Shown here piece by piece: positions 36,010-50,156 of a stretch of 64,000 bases of DNA. Both the position numbers and the translations under genes were made by a program. This stretch comes from Octopus sinensis. Lineage: Eukaryota. A model generated the notes under the pieces. The model was given only the letters and a program-made list of their open reading frames with translations. It ran no database searches and was not told the origin of the DNA. Position 1 is the first letter of the stretch; each line of letters begins with the position of its first letter. The stretch spans positions 3,534,001-3,598,000 of the forward strand of contig NC_043004.1 in NCBI RefSeq assembly GCF_006345805.1. The letters run 5' to 3'.

Positions 36010-36380
36010 TCTTCCTTCCTTCTCATCTCTCACTCTGTCTCTCTTTCTTCTCTCTCTCTCTCTCCCTTTCTTTCTCTCCTTTCTCTTTTCCCTGTACACA
36101 CACATACTATTCTGCTTCTTTCTACATTCAGTCACACACACAGTCACGCACAGCGCGCACACACACACACACACTCCCTCTCTCTCACACACACACGCAC
36201 ACACACTCCCTTTCTCTCACGCACGCACACACACACACGAGCACGAGTATACAGGTGCCAACACACTCTCACACACACTCCCTCTCTCACACTCTCACAC
36301 TCTCACACACACTCCCTCCTTCTCTCTCTCTCTCTCGCACATACACTCTCTCACACACTCACACACACACACGCACCCAC
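36010..36380. repeat. (CT)n/(CA)n mixed low-complexity tract
   Basis: Visible arrays; explain the 335-aa ORF at 35990. Confidence 0.9.
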
Positions 36381-36818
36381 ATGATGCTAACCAATATAAT
36401 CAGATGACTATCGCCAGAGGCAGAGTTGATGAAATCAGCCTTAACGTCCTATCTTCTTACAAATCTCTCTTCTGTCTGTTGCACAAACGAAGAAGACTGC
36501 CACCATCTCTCTTCTTCTTCTTCTTCTTCTTCTTCTTAACCACCATTTTCCCCTTCTATTCTCGACTTGATCTGCTTCATTTATTTTCCTCCAATGAAAA
36601 CAGCGTCTTCTCGTTGCCTCGCTTTGTTAGTGTTGCATATCCTCTCCTGCTTCGACCTCTTTATTTCTCCTTCTTGCTTTCACACACACTTTTGTTCTGT
36701 ATTTATCTGGGTGCCCTACCTCTTTATTCACCTACCAGTTTACATCTACCTATCCGTGTGTGTGTGTGTGTATTTCTGTTTATCTGTCTAGCCATGTATC
36801 TATTTCTTACTCTGTCTC

Positions 36819-36863
<45 letters not shown>

Positions 36864-38190
36864 CCCTCCCTTCACCAACACCGAACCTATCTTTCTCTTC
36901 CCTCGATCGTTATCTCACAATCAATGTCTGTACTTATCTCCATTTCATCTCCAACACACTCGCCACCATTAACGCTGGATGTTATCTTGAGCAGTGACTT
37001 GACATCGCAAGGAACGAGGCTGTTGACTGAAACGACGAAAGATTGCCGTTGTTTAGCTCCAAGTCAAAACTAGTAACGATTGTGGGTGAAACAATGGTGG
37101 CGGTGGTGAGGAAAGGAGGAGGGCTGAATAGATGTAAAGCGCTGAGTACTTTTTTTCTGTTGTTGTTGCTGTTGTTGTATATTCTCAAGTCAGCTCTGAC
37201 CGAGCAGTTCTACGACCTCCAGGTAGACGTGACCCAAGAATCTCCTCCAGTTCTGCCATAAATCCGGGCGCCAAACTGGGGACCAAAATTATACGGACAT
37301 TAATTGCAGAAGATGCAGTAAAACACAATAGACATCTTCTACTCTCTACACCAGCATTTCAAAACCCTTATTTATATATATATATATATATATATATTAA
37401 GGAACCCTTGAAATGCTCCCCATCTCTCAGAGAATGCCTATGTTAAAATTATATATCTTTACTAATCATATTCTGCTTTTTCGGGTTTTTTTCGTAAACT
37501 TCCATTTCATAAGAAACCAAACCCGTGTTTCTTGACCATTCCTTACCCATGGATCTCTTTGATTCTGAATCTAATCGGATGGACCTTCATAACCACTCAA
37601 CGTTTAAAAAGTACTATTTTATTTTTAGAATTAAATCTTATTAGGAAATGTATACGAAACAAAAATTAATATATTTTGTGTATTGTAGAAGTTTATTTCA
37701 TTCGCGTTTATTTCAGATATTCTCATTTTAAAAATCATCTTCGGCTAATCGTTGAGAGGACGTTGGCGTTGCCTTGGTGGAGCTTTGCACTTTCTGAATG
37801 CTCTTGTTATTATCATCATCATTTAAATGGTGAAACACTGGACTGTATATCCTACAACTATTCGTTTCATCTCCCTATGTTCTGAATTCAAATGCTACCG
37901 GACTTGTTTTCCCCTCACGTCTCTCTGGAGTCAATGAGAAGAATCTAAGAACCAGTTATACATTGCGGTCGATTTAGTCGACTGAATTTTTTTACTCAGC
38001 GAATGTTCGTTCTTCGACCAATATCAGAACGTCTGGAACTTAACCCATTAAGTCCCACTGTCCTATAAATAGGACACTAAATGAGAACATTGAATAAGCT
38101 ATATCACATTGTCTCGGTGTCCTGTTTATAGGACACCCAGTATTTCCATTTCTACTTGAAGTAAAGGAGTTTTAATAATTATTTTTCTCA

Positions 38191-38440
38191 TACAGTTCTA
38201 TATTTAAGAGATGAGGAATTATGTACATTATTTACATTTGACGAATATTTGTCCTCATCATGTTTGTTGTTAGCACAATGTTTCGCCTGATATACCATCC
38301 AGCTTTCATCAGGTGTCTTGGGGAAATTTCGAACCTGGGTTCTTATTCCTAAAGTAATTTTTGATGTTGTTATTATTATTATTCAGGTCACTGCCTGGAA
38401 TCGAACTCGGAATCTTGGGGTTAATAGCCTGCGCTCTTAA
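38191..38440 (-). mobile_element. SINE family D, third copy, with hammerhead core
   Basis: B-box GAGTTCGATTCC (38397-38408); minus strand GACAC-CTGATGA(38306-38312)-A-AGCTG..CAGGC-GAAAC(38280-38284)-ATT-GTGC. Confidence 0.85.
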
Positions 38441-39411
38441 TAATGATAATAATAATAAGAAGAAGAAGAAGAAGAAGAATAACAATATATCGATTTGGGT
38501 TTTCATTACTTTATATGTCACATAATATAAAGCAGGTACCAGTTATATTATCGGACGTGTTCAAAGGATTACTTGATAAATCAATCTGATCACTTACACT
38601 GATATTAATTTCCATCGAAGTGAATTTACTCTTCGAAACTCGAAGAACTTTGTTTTACATTTCCCTAGATCGATAATAAAACATATTGAGATCGATTCTA
38701 TAAAGCACAACAGCAACACTCAATCTTGAATCGTTGATTACATTTGACCATTTTTATTCCTTCCTCAAAAATAGAAAACGATTTCATCTTCTCAAATTGT
38801 TTTTATCAACTAACATATATTTTTAATTATCTATCTTTCGTTACATCTCTTCCAATTTTGTTTGTAACTTTATCCTATTTCTATACTAATTCTTCGTGAT
38901 GATCTGTTCTTACACCAGAATGTTCTAATCGAATAAAACCAGCAAAGAATAGAAGGATTTCCATTCATCGAAATCAAGAGATTCTTATGCTAAACGTGTT
39001 TCAACTACTCTGTACAGATTACTGGATAAAATGTGAGCGCATTTCTTTTTCTTTCATTTGTTATTGCGGCTAAAAATAAGGAATTAGTATACAAAATTAA
39101 TTCTACAGAACAGACAATATCCAGCATTATTTTATGGACGTTTGGTCGTTTTAAGTTCCGTGATGCGAACAACCAGGGATGGAAAAACGCGTGAAGAATA
39201 CGGCGAAGATGGCAACGGGGAGTTTTATAGTGGTATCAAAAAGAGATAATAATAAATACTTGTTGAGCTGTGATTCTAACTTCGATTTCCATTTTCTAGA
39301 AAGTAGTGAAAACTGCAAACGAGTTAGTCTGTGAATGGTCTTCTAATGACGAGCATTGAGTCACAGACAGCAACTGTGGTGACCACGCAGAAAAAGTGCA
39401 AAGGATAACTT

Positions 39412-39576
39412 GGAGTGGCTGTGTAGTAAGTAGCTAGCTTACGAACTACATGGTTCAGGGTTCAGTCTCACTGCGTGACACCTTGGGCAAGTGTCTTCTA
39501 CTATATCTCCTGGCCGACCAAATCCATGTGAGTGGATTTGGTAGACGGAAACTGAAAGAAGCTCGTCGTATATATG

Positions 39577-39636
<60 letters not shown>

Positions 39637-39638
39637 AG

Positions 39639-39671
<33 letters not shown>

Positions 39672-39707
39672 TAGATATATATATATATTATATATATAAT
39701 ATATATG

Positions 39708-39751
<44 letters not shown>

Positions 39752-39793
39752 ATATATATATATTATATATATATTATATATATATATATATAG

Positions 39794-39840
<47 letters not shown>

Positions 39841-40215
39841 CTATATATATATATGTATATATATATATAATATATAATGTATAGTATATATATATATATA
39901 TATATATATATGGTATATATATATAATATATATATATATAATATATATATATAATATATATATATATTATATATATATATATATATGTACGTGTGTGTAT
40001 ATGTTTGTGTGTCTGTGCTTGTCCCCCCAAAATCGCTTGACAATCGATGCTGGTGTGTTTCCGTCCCCGTAACTTAGCGGTTCGGCAAAAGAGACCGATA
40101 GAATAAGTAATAGGCTTACAAAGAATAAGTCCCGGGGTCGATTTACTCGACTAAAGGCGGTGCTCCAGCATGGCCACAGTCAAATGACTGGAACAATTAA
40201 AAGAGTAAAGGAGTA
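39412..40215 (+). mobile_element. SINE family A with internal (TA)n expanded to ~420 bp
   Basis: Head at 39412, (TA)-rich tract ~39570-39990, 3' half and tail GGCGGTGCTCCAGCATGGCCACAG at 40156. Confidence 0.9.
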
Positions 40216-43200
40216 AATAAAGCAACGGAATAAAAATTGAATTGCCAGCTCATTGTTCAAGAGTTCAAATCCACTCCAAGCCGTCTCCTTACTTCTCTCA
40301 TTGTTATACATTTTAATCTATGTGCCTCAGCGAAGGCGTTGAGCTGGCAGAATCGTTAGCGCGCAGGACCCCAGTGCCACGCACTGGTGTCGCGAAATCA
40401 ACGAGCTCCTTTCCCTCAAATTTCAGGCCTTGTGCCTAAAACAGAAAAATGTGTCTCAGTTCAACTAGATTTCGAGAGAATAGGTACCAGAACTTCCTGA
40501 GAAGAGAACTTGTTCTAAACTGCTGCCCTGCACAGCGGGGTAATTACCATTTGTAAGTTCGAAGCTCCATTGAAATGATAACAAAAAAAAAAGGTTCAAT
40601 TGAATTCCTGGTTTCCATGAAATAAAGAACTGAGCAAAGTTGGATTTGTCTGCTCTTAGTCACAATGCTGTGAGAGGGCAACAAGGAAATCATCAAATAT
40701 ATTATGGTGATTTAGAAATTCCTCCAGCCTTATATCTTTACTATATATATATATTCATTGCATTTCGGGACGGTCATTTATATTTTTTGGCCAAATAAAC
40801 ACACCCTCTGTATATTCGTTCTTCACTCGTTTATCACTGTTCTTACTTTAACTCATGTCCTTTGTCCGGAAATCTTTCGTCACACATCTGTGACCTCTTC
40901 AGCGACACTTTCCGTTCTTATGTGTGTGCTCCTGCTCCACTTAATCCATTTTATTCTTCTATGATGTGTATCCTTATATGCGTTTGCATCTGTGTGCGTG
41001 TGTGTCGTTGTTCTTAGTAGTACTATGATCCTACCCTCACCCTCGTCTCCCTCCCACTGTTGCTGCCCTTCACCCCGACTTTTGGTATCCTTGCTGTATC
41101 GCTCTGAGTTTGTGTGTACGGCCACGCCACTCCCATCGTGGCCGTACACACAAACTGTCGTTGTTGTTGTTGGTCGCCTTGTTGATGTTATTGCGACCAT
41201 TTCTGAAATTACTGTATGGGGGTTCGTGTGTGCACGTTTCGCAATCTTCATGTAGCATTAATTTCAGTATACCAGATATTATGTGGTCATGTTTTGCATT
41301 ATTATGTACTCAGCCTTATATAGTACAATTGTATATTCACAAATTAACTATATATAGCGGAGAGGCATGGGGGAGACAGAGTGAGTGGGAGAGACATGAC
41401 GTACAGTAAGACGCTCAACTGATCGCAACCGATCTCTGTTAACAGGTTTATATTAATGCTGACAAAACTTGTCAACATCCTGTATATTTAACTCCCACAC
41501 CACGTGTTGTGACACAGCATTATGTCGTAGTAGAAGCAATGAAGATTCGCCTTCAGGTCTATATATAGCGTTGTTGTAATAACAAATGTTTACTTTGTCC
41601 TACGTCATCCCTAAATGATCAAAACTATTTCAACCATGACCATCCCATCTGATTTTCAAGCGAAACTATTATTTTATGTCTCCTTACATTTTTACGAGTT
41701 GGTAAGATGTAATTCGTAGGAGATTCGCTTTCTATTTCTAGCCAGCCGGGATGAAGTCGAGTTTCCTTCATAAAACTAAATAGGTACGGATCCAATTCTC
41801 TCCTACCTGGATACTGAAGCAGCTGAACTTAAGGGTGTCAAGAATTAAAAATACTGTTCATTCATAGTGTGTCATCCATACTGTGCCAGTGCTACGTGCT
41901 AGCATTACTGTATCAGCGTTACTGTGCCGCGTTACTGTGCCACCTTGTCTTAAAGATTTGCGGCGGGAGCTATTCGAAAGTCACGAATTTGGCTCAAGTA
42001 CGCCACACAATCTTGATAGCGAGTATCGATCTTCAGAATGATTCGAACTGTTAACTGATATATCTATCGAGTCAGCCTGTTGAAGATTTCATAATTATAT
42101 CATAGAAGGATTATTTCTGAGAAGAACAAGAGCTGTGAATGTTATCTTTAGATGTCTTCTTGTACAACAAAGAGAAATGAAACGAGTTCAAAGGGAAAGC
42201 GCCTTTTTTTCTTTTTTGCCGTCTCTCGGGGCTACACAACAAAAAGCCTGACAATAAAACTGCAGTATTTGATTTTTAGTAGATATAATTATTACATTAA
42301 TCATATATTAACTAATACACTGTATATCGTTAATACAGTTGAATATTTCATGGGCTAAATTAAACAGTTCCAAAGTTATGCCTTTTCTATGCGATTCAAC
42401 ATGGACGTCATTCATTGTCTCCATTTATTAATAACTTTTTATGTATTTTTTAGCTATTATTTTATATATATTTTTGAAGAATGTGTGTGTTTTGTTGATA
42501 AAGGATGTAATGGATTATTCAGTAACTATTATTTTTAGTATAAGTTTATCTCTATTAATATATGTTGTTACATTGGGATTGTTCGGTTTTACTCTTTTCA
42601 TATTAGATTAGTTAATTCTTTCAATTACACCGCATTCAGATGAGATTCGTATTTTATTCCATTTCAGATTTGATTTTCTCTCGGTCAGACCTCGTCCTGC
42701 CTCACTAATCACTTATGATTGCTACACAATATAACTGATATCATTCTCATATTATACAGTGTATCAGGTTCACAGATATGTTATTATTATAACACAATGC
42801 AATATCACCGATGACTTACGACCGTTTGTTTCCCCGTTGTTGTTGTTGTTTATTCTTTTGATGTGTTCGTTTTTGTTTCTTTCTTTCCCCTTACATTATA
42901 CATTCATTATTTATCTACTGATTCGTTTTTAGTGTTCTTGCGTTATTAATGAGCAATCTTGTGTCCTATTCAAACATTACAAATCTCTCTCTTACAGCCA
43001 TTAACTGCAGGAAAAATCACTCCATTCTATTCAGCGTGAGAGATAATTCCGTAATTTTCCACGATTGTCGTACTGATGTGAATAGAGAGCGACTAAAAGG
43101 GGAAGTAATTGCTGATGCCTCTATTTGCATTGGTCATAAATATATGATGTTTTAGTATTCGCAGACATTAAGTCAATTTCTGTATTTATGCGTTTCTTTA

Positions 43201-43600
43201 CAGTATATAATCAATTTCTGTTGATTTCCAGAGTTTATATATTTAGTGTTTACTACGAGTTTTTTTCATTGTTTTTTTTTGCTTTCATAGTTATTTTTAA
43301 GAGATGTTTATTTGTTTTTGTTTGCTTCTTTTTTTTCTCTTGTGTTTGTTGTAGTTCGTTTGTGTTGTTGTTGTTTTGCTGGTCTTATGCAGTAACGTGA
43401 ATCTATTGGTTTTCATAATTGATGATATGTATTTTGAGCTTTCACTGTTGTCTAATCAGCAAGAATACAGAGAGATACCCGACAACCAAAGGGCCGTGGG
43501 AACAGTCATAATGCCCAAGAGAGGGAAAGGCTGGGAGCTGATGCGAAAGAGTTGTGGGTTCGCGTCCTGACTCTACTGCTTATAACACACAGGCACACAT

Positions 43601-43660
<60 letters not shown>

Positions 43661-43754
43661 GTATGTATATGTGTGTAATATATATATATAATATACGTAT
43701 GTATATGTGTGTGTATATATATATGTATATGTGTGTATATATATAATATACGTA

Positions 43755-43794
<40 letters not shown>

Positions 43795-43799
<5 letters not shown>

Positions 43800-43940
43800 G
43801 ATGGGCTGTCCACCAAATCCACCCACAAGGCTTTAGATGCTCGGGACTGTAGCGGAAGACACTTGCCTACGCTTCCATGCAGTGTGTCTGAACCCGGAAC
43901 CATGTGGTTGGGAAGCAAAACTTTTACCACACAGCCATAA
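43795..43940 (-). mobile_element. SINE family A head fragment
   Basis: CTGAACCCGGAACCATGTGGTTGGGAAGC..CCACACAGCCA is the reverse complement of the family A head. Confidence 0.82.
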
Positions 43941-44794
43941 ATAAATAGAGAGAGAGAGAGAGATGAAAATAAATGTAAGATTGAACAGCAAAGGAAATTC
44001 ATTAATGTTTGAACACAGAACGCCAATTAGCAAAACCAACGTTTTGAGTCTTTGCGCTACCGAGTCTAACTATTCACCATAGTAGTATATATTTTATTGT
44101 TCTTGTTATTATTTGGCCTCTAGCTTGACCCTAGTTGCCTGATTGTATGGGCCTATCTCTAAAGGTCTTCCAATCGTAACCACTCGCTCCTGAATCGAGC
44201 ATCTAGGACATCGGTTCTCAATCGGGCTCCATATAAGATTTTGTTGTTAAAAAATAATGAACAATAAATTGCATCTACTTTTCCGATACACAAACTAGTT
44301 TAGCAATTTTTGTACAATTTCCTAATAATATTTAATTATAAAAAATACAGTAAGATTTTTTAAACATCGAATGGCTAGGGGGGAAGGACAGGGAGTAAAA
44401 CAGGAATTAAAAGGCATAAAAAGGCCGAGTACTACTCATCTAGGGCTACATTTCTGCTATAGTATCAGGTTGATCGATACACTAAGAGTGAAATTTGGTA
44501 ACGGGTAATCGCGCAGAAGTCAACCATGCGTAGTTCTAAAAGCAATTACTGATCTCCAGGGTCGAAATTATACGAGAAAGACAAGGATGCTATTTTCAAC
44601 TTATATAAACAGGGAGGTGTTCCTTTGTATTGTTATTATAAGGAGAAAGGATTAAACGATTTTTAATGTGCGATTCATAAGGGTGGAAACAGCAGAGAAT
44701 TTTTGTAGAGAAAATATAGACGCAGGTGGATTTGGTTGTGGTTGTGGTAAGAGAGACAATGCGAGGACACAGCACAACGGTGAGAAATAATTAA

Positions 44795-44994
44795 GGGACC
44801 GATAGAATAATTACTAGGCTTACAAAGATTAAGTGTCTTGGGGTCGATTTCTTTGACTAAAGACAGTGCTCCAGCATGGCTGCAGTCAAATGACTGAAAT
44901 AAATAAAAAAATAAAGTACAGTACTTCGCGGATTTCCACCTATCGCGGGGAGGAGTTGGAACGTAACGCCCGCGATAGTCGAGGGGTTACTGTA
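44795..44994 (+). mobile_element. SINE A 3' tail followed by a Tigger-like MITE end
   Basis: GTGCTCCAGCATGGCTGCAGTC tail; then CTTCGCGGATTT..CCTATCGCGG..CCCGCGATAGTCGAGGGGTTACTGTA, related to 13036-13107. Confidence 0.65.
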
Positions 44995-45652
44995 TTCCGA
45001 TGTGTGTAATATCTGTCCACCACAACTCATACGTACCTTTATATGTGACAAATGAGTGTGTGTGTGTAGTGGTCCGATCGTTTTACTATGTATTTCTGTG
45101 TGTGTGTGCGTGTGTATGTATGTAGTGTGCATGTGTCTGTGTGAATATGAAATATTTGTAACTAATTATGTGCAAACTGAAACGAAACGAACGACACACA
45201 CACATACACTCATTCACTAAGCCTTCATTGAAACTTCGTTCGTTGATTCAGTCATATTCAGATGTGTACGAGTATTCCACACCATGGGATCCTATTGTTG
45301 CTCTCTTCTACATTCAACAAAACCATTCTTAGTTGTTAATCTTGTTAAGACTGAAATTTTACAGCGACTCTTCTTCCCCCTCTCTTCCTCCTTCTCGTTC
45401 TTCTTCTTCCATTTAATTTCTCTTTCTTTTTTTATGTTAATCGAATCTGTTGACACGAAGACGATTTCTTCATAAATCTCTACAATTCCAATTCCGATTG
45501 TAAAATCTTGTATATTGTTTCTTTTGTAGACTACACAAAACTTCAATACCAACACGTTTTCGTTTCGCTGTATTTCTCTTTTTTGTTTTCGTTTCCTCTT
45601 CTTTATTTCTCTTGCATTCCGTGTTTTTGCGTTTTGCGTTGGGATGCATACA

Positions 45653-47118
45653 CATATATAAAACTCAAAATGTCACTCTGTGTGTATGTGTATGCTTTTT
45701 ATGCGTTTCCACATTTTTCATCCGATTTTGATGAAATTTTCTTTATTAAATGGCAAATTTACCCAGGCAGGTCACTGCCGCATTACCGATGCCTAGAGAT
45801 ACCCCCTTCTAGGAGAAAAATCGATAAAACTGAAGGGAAACCCGCACACACACTTTTTGCAAACAAAGGCAAAAGTTGCACGCGAGAAAAGTTTTTACAG
45901 GAACGTCCGATTTTTATAATTTTGGTGTCAAAAGGACCGACATGTTGCGACATTTCAGACATATTTTGGCACTGCTTTGGGGCCTCTGATTCTCAAGAAA
46001 ATTGCGAAAAACTTTGAAAACAATCAATTTTTCGCATTTTTGCCAAATTACACGGTAGAAGACTTTTTACTGGAAAATCTGATTTCCTTGATTTTTACGG
46101 CTAACGCACCACCTTGTAACAGCGGTTCTATCATATATCTGTTCTATGTCCAAAGGCATCCTTGTACAACAACAAAAACGCGAAAACTGTGAAAAAATCG
46201 ATTTTTTTTTTATGTGCATCATGAGAACGGCCAGAGAGTCTACTTCTCCAGCTCTAATGCTGTTCAGCTGACACAAGAACCCCCTTCGTCAAACTATGCA
46301 CCAATGGCCCCTTCGCCAAGACCCTCCTGTATCCCCAGGCTCCATCATATTACATTTGGAAAAAGAAAACACGCATTTGGGAATCAAGGAAACAAGACAA
46401 ACGTAAAATCTTCCCCCACCCTTGGAAGAGTTTACACAGTTCGCCCTAATCAACAGGAATCTTTTACCTTCGCCTACTGCTGCATGAGGTCACGGGACCA
46501 ACATCTTTCGACAATCTGAAGAGCTTCAACGGCGAAGGTTTTGCTACATATAGCGAAGCTTGCCTTAAATGCGGCCTGCTAGAAGACGGCGCTCAGTAGG
46601 AAGCAACAATGGCCGAAGCAGCTACAATACTACGCTCGGCGATGAGTCTTCGAAAGCTCTTTGCAGTGCTACTGCAAACATGCGAACTCAGTGATCCTGT
46701 AACCTTATGGGAGAACTACCACTACCAAGGACAACTTCTGTTGCCTCACTTGGACGTTGATTTCAACGATGACTTCTTCAACAGAGCACTCATCGACATT
46801 GAGGACAGCCTACTTACTGCCGGCGGTAACGACCTTTCATTTTATGGTCTACCGAAAGTCAGCAGAACGGGATCGCACACACTACCAACAGGCGTTATTG
46901 AGGAAATAGCCTAGGACGTCAATGCTCTTCAACAATACATCGACGAAAATGAGCCGAAGTTGCTTCAGGACCAGCAGCACGCATACAGTGCTGTCTACAC
47001 TTCCATTCGTGAACGCAAAGGAGGCATTTTCATGCTTTTGTGGTCGCAGACATGTATTTTACCTCGACCGCCGCATCCAGACGTCTGATTTCCATTTGGG
47101 GTTCCAAGAATCCCTAGT
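45653..47118 (+). mobile_element. Internally deleted Helitron with Rep/helicase coding remnant (~46214-47037)
   Basis: HENGQRVYF, KLCTNGPFAKTLLY, LGRVYTVRPNQ, LLLHEVTGPTSFDNL, EAC..GLLED, LRKLFAVLLQTCELSDPVTLW are typical of Helitron proteins upstream of the PIF1 helicase. Possible CTAG|T end at 47114-47118. Termini uncertain. Confidence 0.8.
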
Positions 47119-47196
47119 CTACACTTGTGCTTGTAAAATATACACAAGCATTTACTGAAAATGGCATAAATTTACTGAAAAATACGTGTGTGTGCG

Positions 47197-47231
<35 letters not shown>

Positions 47232-47338
47232 ATATATATATATATATTATATATATATATACATACAAGCGCGCGCAGACTCAGAGAGACACACATATAC
47301 ATATGCTGAAAAATACGTGTATGTATATATACACTGAT

Positions 47339-47373
<35 letters not shown>

Positions 47374-47563
47374 TATACATACATACATAACACGGTAAGA
47401 AAAGGTAGGTGGGTATGTAGGTATACATTCAGGTAAATAAATAGGTGGATGGTTCGATGAAGAATTTACAGCAAATATCAACAGTGCGGATCCAATACAG
47501 TTTGTAATAATTACTTTCACCTAGAACATACATACATGCACACATACACATTTATTTATATAT

Positions 47564-47598
<35 letters not shown>

Positions 47599-48432
47599 TA
47601 CATATATAGATAGATATACATACATATAGATAGATATTCGTACATATATATATATTTATATATATAGGTATGTATTTGTGTATACACACATATACACAAA
47701 CATACATTACATATATGCACACACATACATATATACATGCATACACATATATATACATATACTTACATATATGTGTGTTTGCGTATATATATATATATGC
47801 ACGTATGCACTTTCACACGTATGTGTATACACGCTTCCCACTCACTTTAGATATGAGCAGAATGTAATATGAAAGCCGAAGTGTGTAATAGTGACAAGTA
47901 AAAAGAAAGAAGAAATATGTTTAAAAAATCCAAAAACAAAACAAATGTAAAAGAAAGAAAGAAAAATGAAGAAGAAAGGAAGAAAGAAAGGAGTCGAAGA
48001 AGCGATCTCCATGTCCCGCCTTTCGTTCTGTGTCATGAAGCAGAATGTATACGCTACGTGTGTCTTGTAAGATGGCCCCAAGCAAGCTGTAGCAGAATTT
48101 CCCTTGCTCCTCCTATAGTTTCCATTTGGTTGTACGTTTATAATTAGATTTTAATGAGTGACCGATTTTGATGGAATAATTTGTTTGTTGGAGTAAAAAC
48201 AAAATAACAAAGAATAGAAAACTGGGGAAAGGAACTACAAGAAGAAGCAGAGAAAAAAATGGTAAGACAAACAAGGCAATAAGTTCGTGTTGAAATGTAG
48301 AAGAAAATTAAAGACAAGGAAGAAAAAAAAAGAAAAGAAAATCTATATTTTTAAATGGATTTTGACAGGCAAATTAACAAACCATACTAGATTTGAACTT
48401 GTTATAAAAACAACAGCAACAATATCAACAGA

Positions 48433-48490
<58 letters not shown>

Positions 48491-49647
48491 TTTATCGCAG
48501 AATTGGTTTGTTTGTTGTTTTTTTTCGTTATTTATTGTAGGAAATCTGAAGAACTCCATAAATTGTTTCGTTCATGGCACACTGAAGACTTCGTCTTAGA
48601 ATTATGCATCTAGGTAAATCACTCGAGCAGGGACTATGTATTTCCATACGTACTGTGTCCGCGGAAAGAGTAGAACTTACCACTGCAACCAGATAAAGCA
48701 CTCGTGTATTGTCAATGCTCCCTCTTTCTCTCTCTGTCTTCCTTGTTTCCAGCGGTGAGTCTTTGTACTCGTGATATACAGAAATACAGAATGGGTCATC
48801 TGATGGAACGTGTCGTGAATGAATGTGCTCAAATTGGCGGGAATTTGGAGTTCAAATCCCACCGAGCTCGACAGTGCCCTGAATCCTTTCCTCTTCAATA
48901 AAGGGCCAAGTAAGAACTAGAATACCGGGGATAATGGTCAATTCCCACCCGCCAAAATTGTTAGCCTTGTACCGAAATTAGAAGCATAAAAACGTTTAAC
49001 TTGTGGTGTTCATTCATTTCCTTTATAGCATTAGCAGTGTAACTGACGTTGCATCAATGCAGCCTTCTTTTTGTAAGACAGTAAGGCGTTTTTGGTTGCT
49101 ATTTCTAGTAGAACAACCGATAATGAAGAGACTTTTTCATTGAGTCACAAAAGGTGAAACCTCTTCGAAAAACGTTTCTGTTTAAAATGTCGACAAATGA
49201 AACTAAATAATTTTTCAAACAGGCACAAGACAAAAAAATTCCGGTTGGGTTGATTATATTGAGCTCAATACATTACTGGTACTTTACATTACTGGGTGAA
49301 CGGTGAAATCATACAACGTAATGTTTCAACACAAAACGAATGAAGAACTTTAGTACTCCAAAGTACAGCACTGAATGAAGTACAAATTGGAACAGAAAGT
49401 CCACATCATTGACATGCGCATATGTGCATATATGATACGTTTACAAGAAGACAAATGATATTAACTTCGACGTTTCGGCCTGCCCGCCTTCGTCGAATTA
49501 TCCGAAACTTCGAAGTCACTGTCACATCTCTTCCTGTGAAAGTATAACAATTTGCACTCAATAAAAAGTGTTGAGTAATTCTTCAGTTTGATGTGAAATT
49601 CTTTTTATAATAACTCGACATAAAAACAAGCATTAATGTTCGTATGA

Positions 49648-49695
<48 letters not shown>

Positions 49696-50060
49696 GCACA
49701 TATATTAGGAAAGATTGTTGAAAACTGATTTTGAACTTCAGATTGGTTTCCGATTGTTGAATACAATTCTTTGAACACTCACAAACATAAATTCTGTTAC
49801 GATTCAACAAGTTTCAGCATTTGATAAACTATACACACATCTTCTTAAACACACACACACATATACAAAGTGAGAGACAGAGGCATGGGTGTATTGTTAA
49901 GAAGTTCACTTGTAAACCACGTGTTTCCGGTTTCAGTTCCCCTACACAGTGCATGAAGCAAATGCTGTTCTCTTCCAACATTAGTGAGTCAATGCAATCT
50001 GGCGGAACTGTTCAGAAGCTCGTCCTATACGCGATTATGTGGCATTCTGTGACTGTACCA

Positions 50061-50156
<96 letters not shown>

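Noticed and set aside
35990-36997. 335-aa ORF, second longest in the window
   Set aside because: Mostly CT/CA low-complexity sequence with no domain motifs.
38040-38140. piggyBac-like left end TTAA|CCCATTAAGTCCC with TGTCCTAT..ATAGGACA palindromes
   Set aside because: No matching right end found in the window; too little to annotate.
44208-44430. hAT-like MITE (CATCGGTTCTCAA start)
   Set aside because: Right terminal repeat too degenerate to support from the sequence alone.
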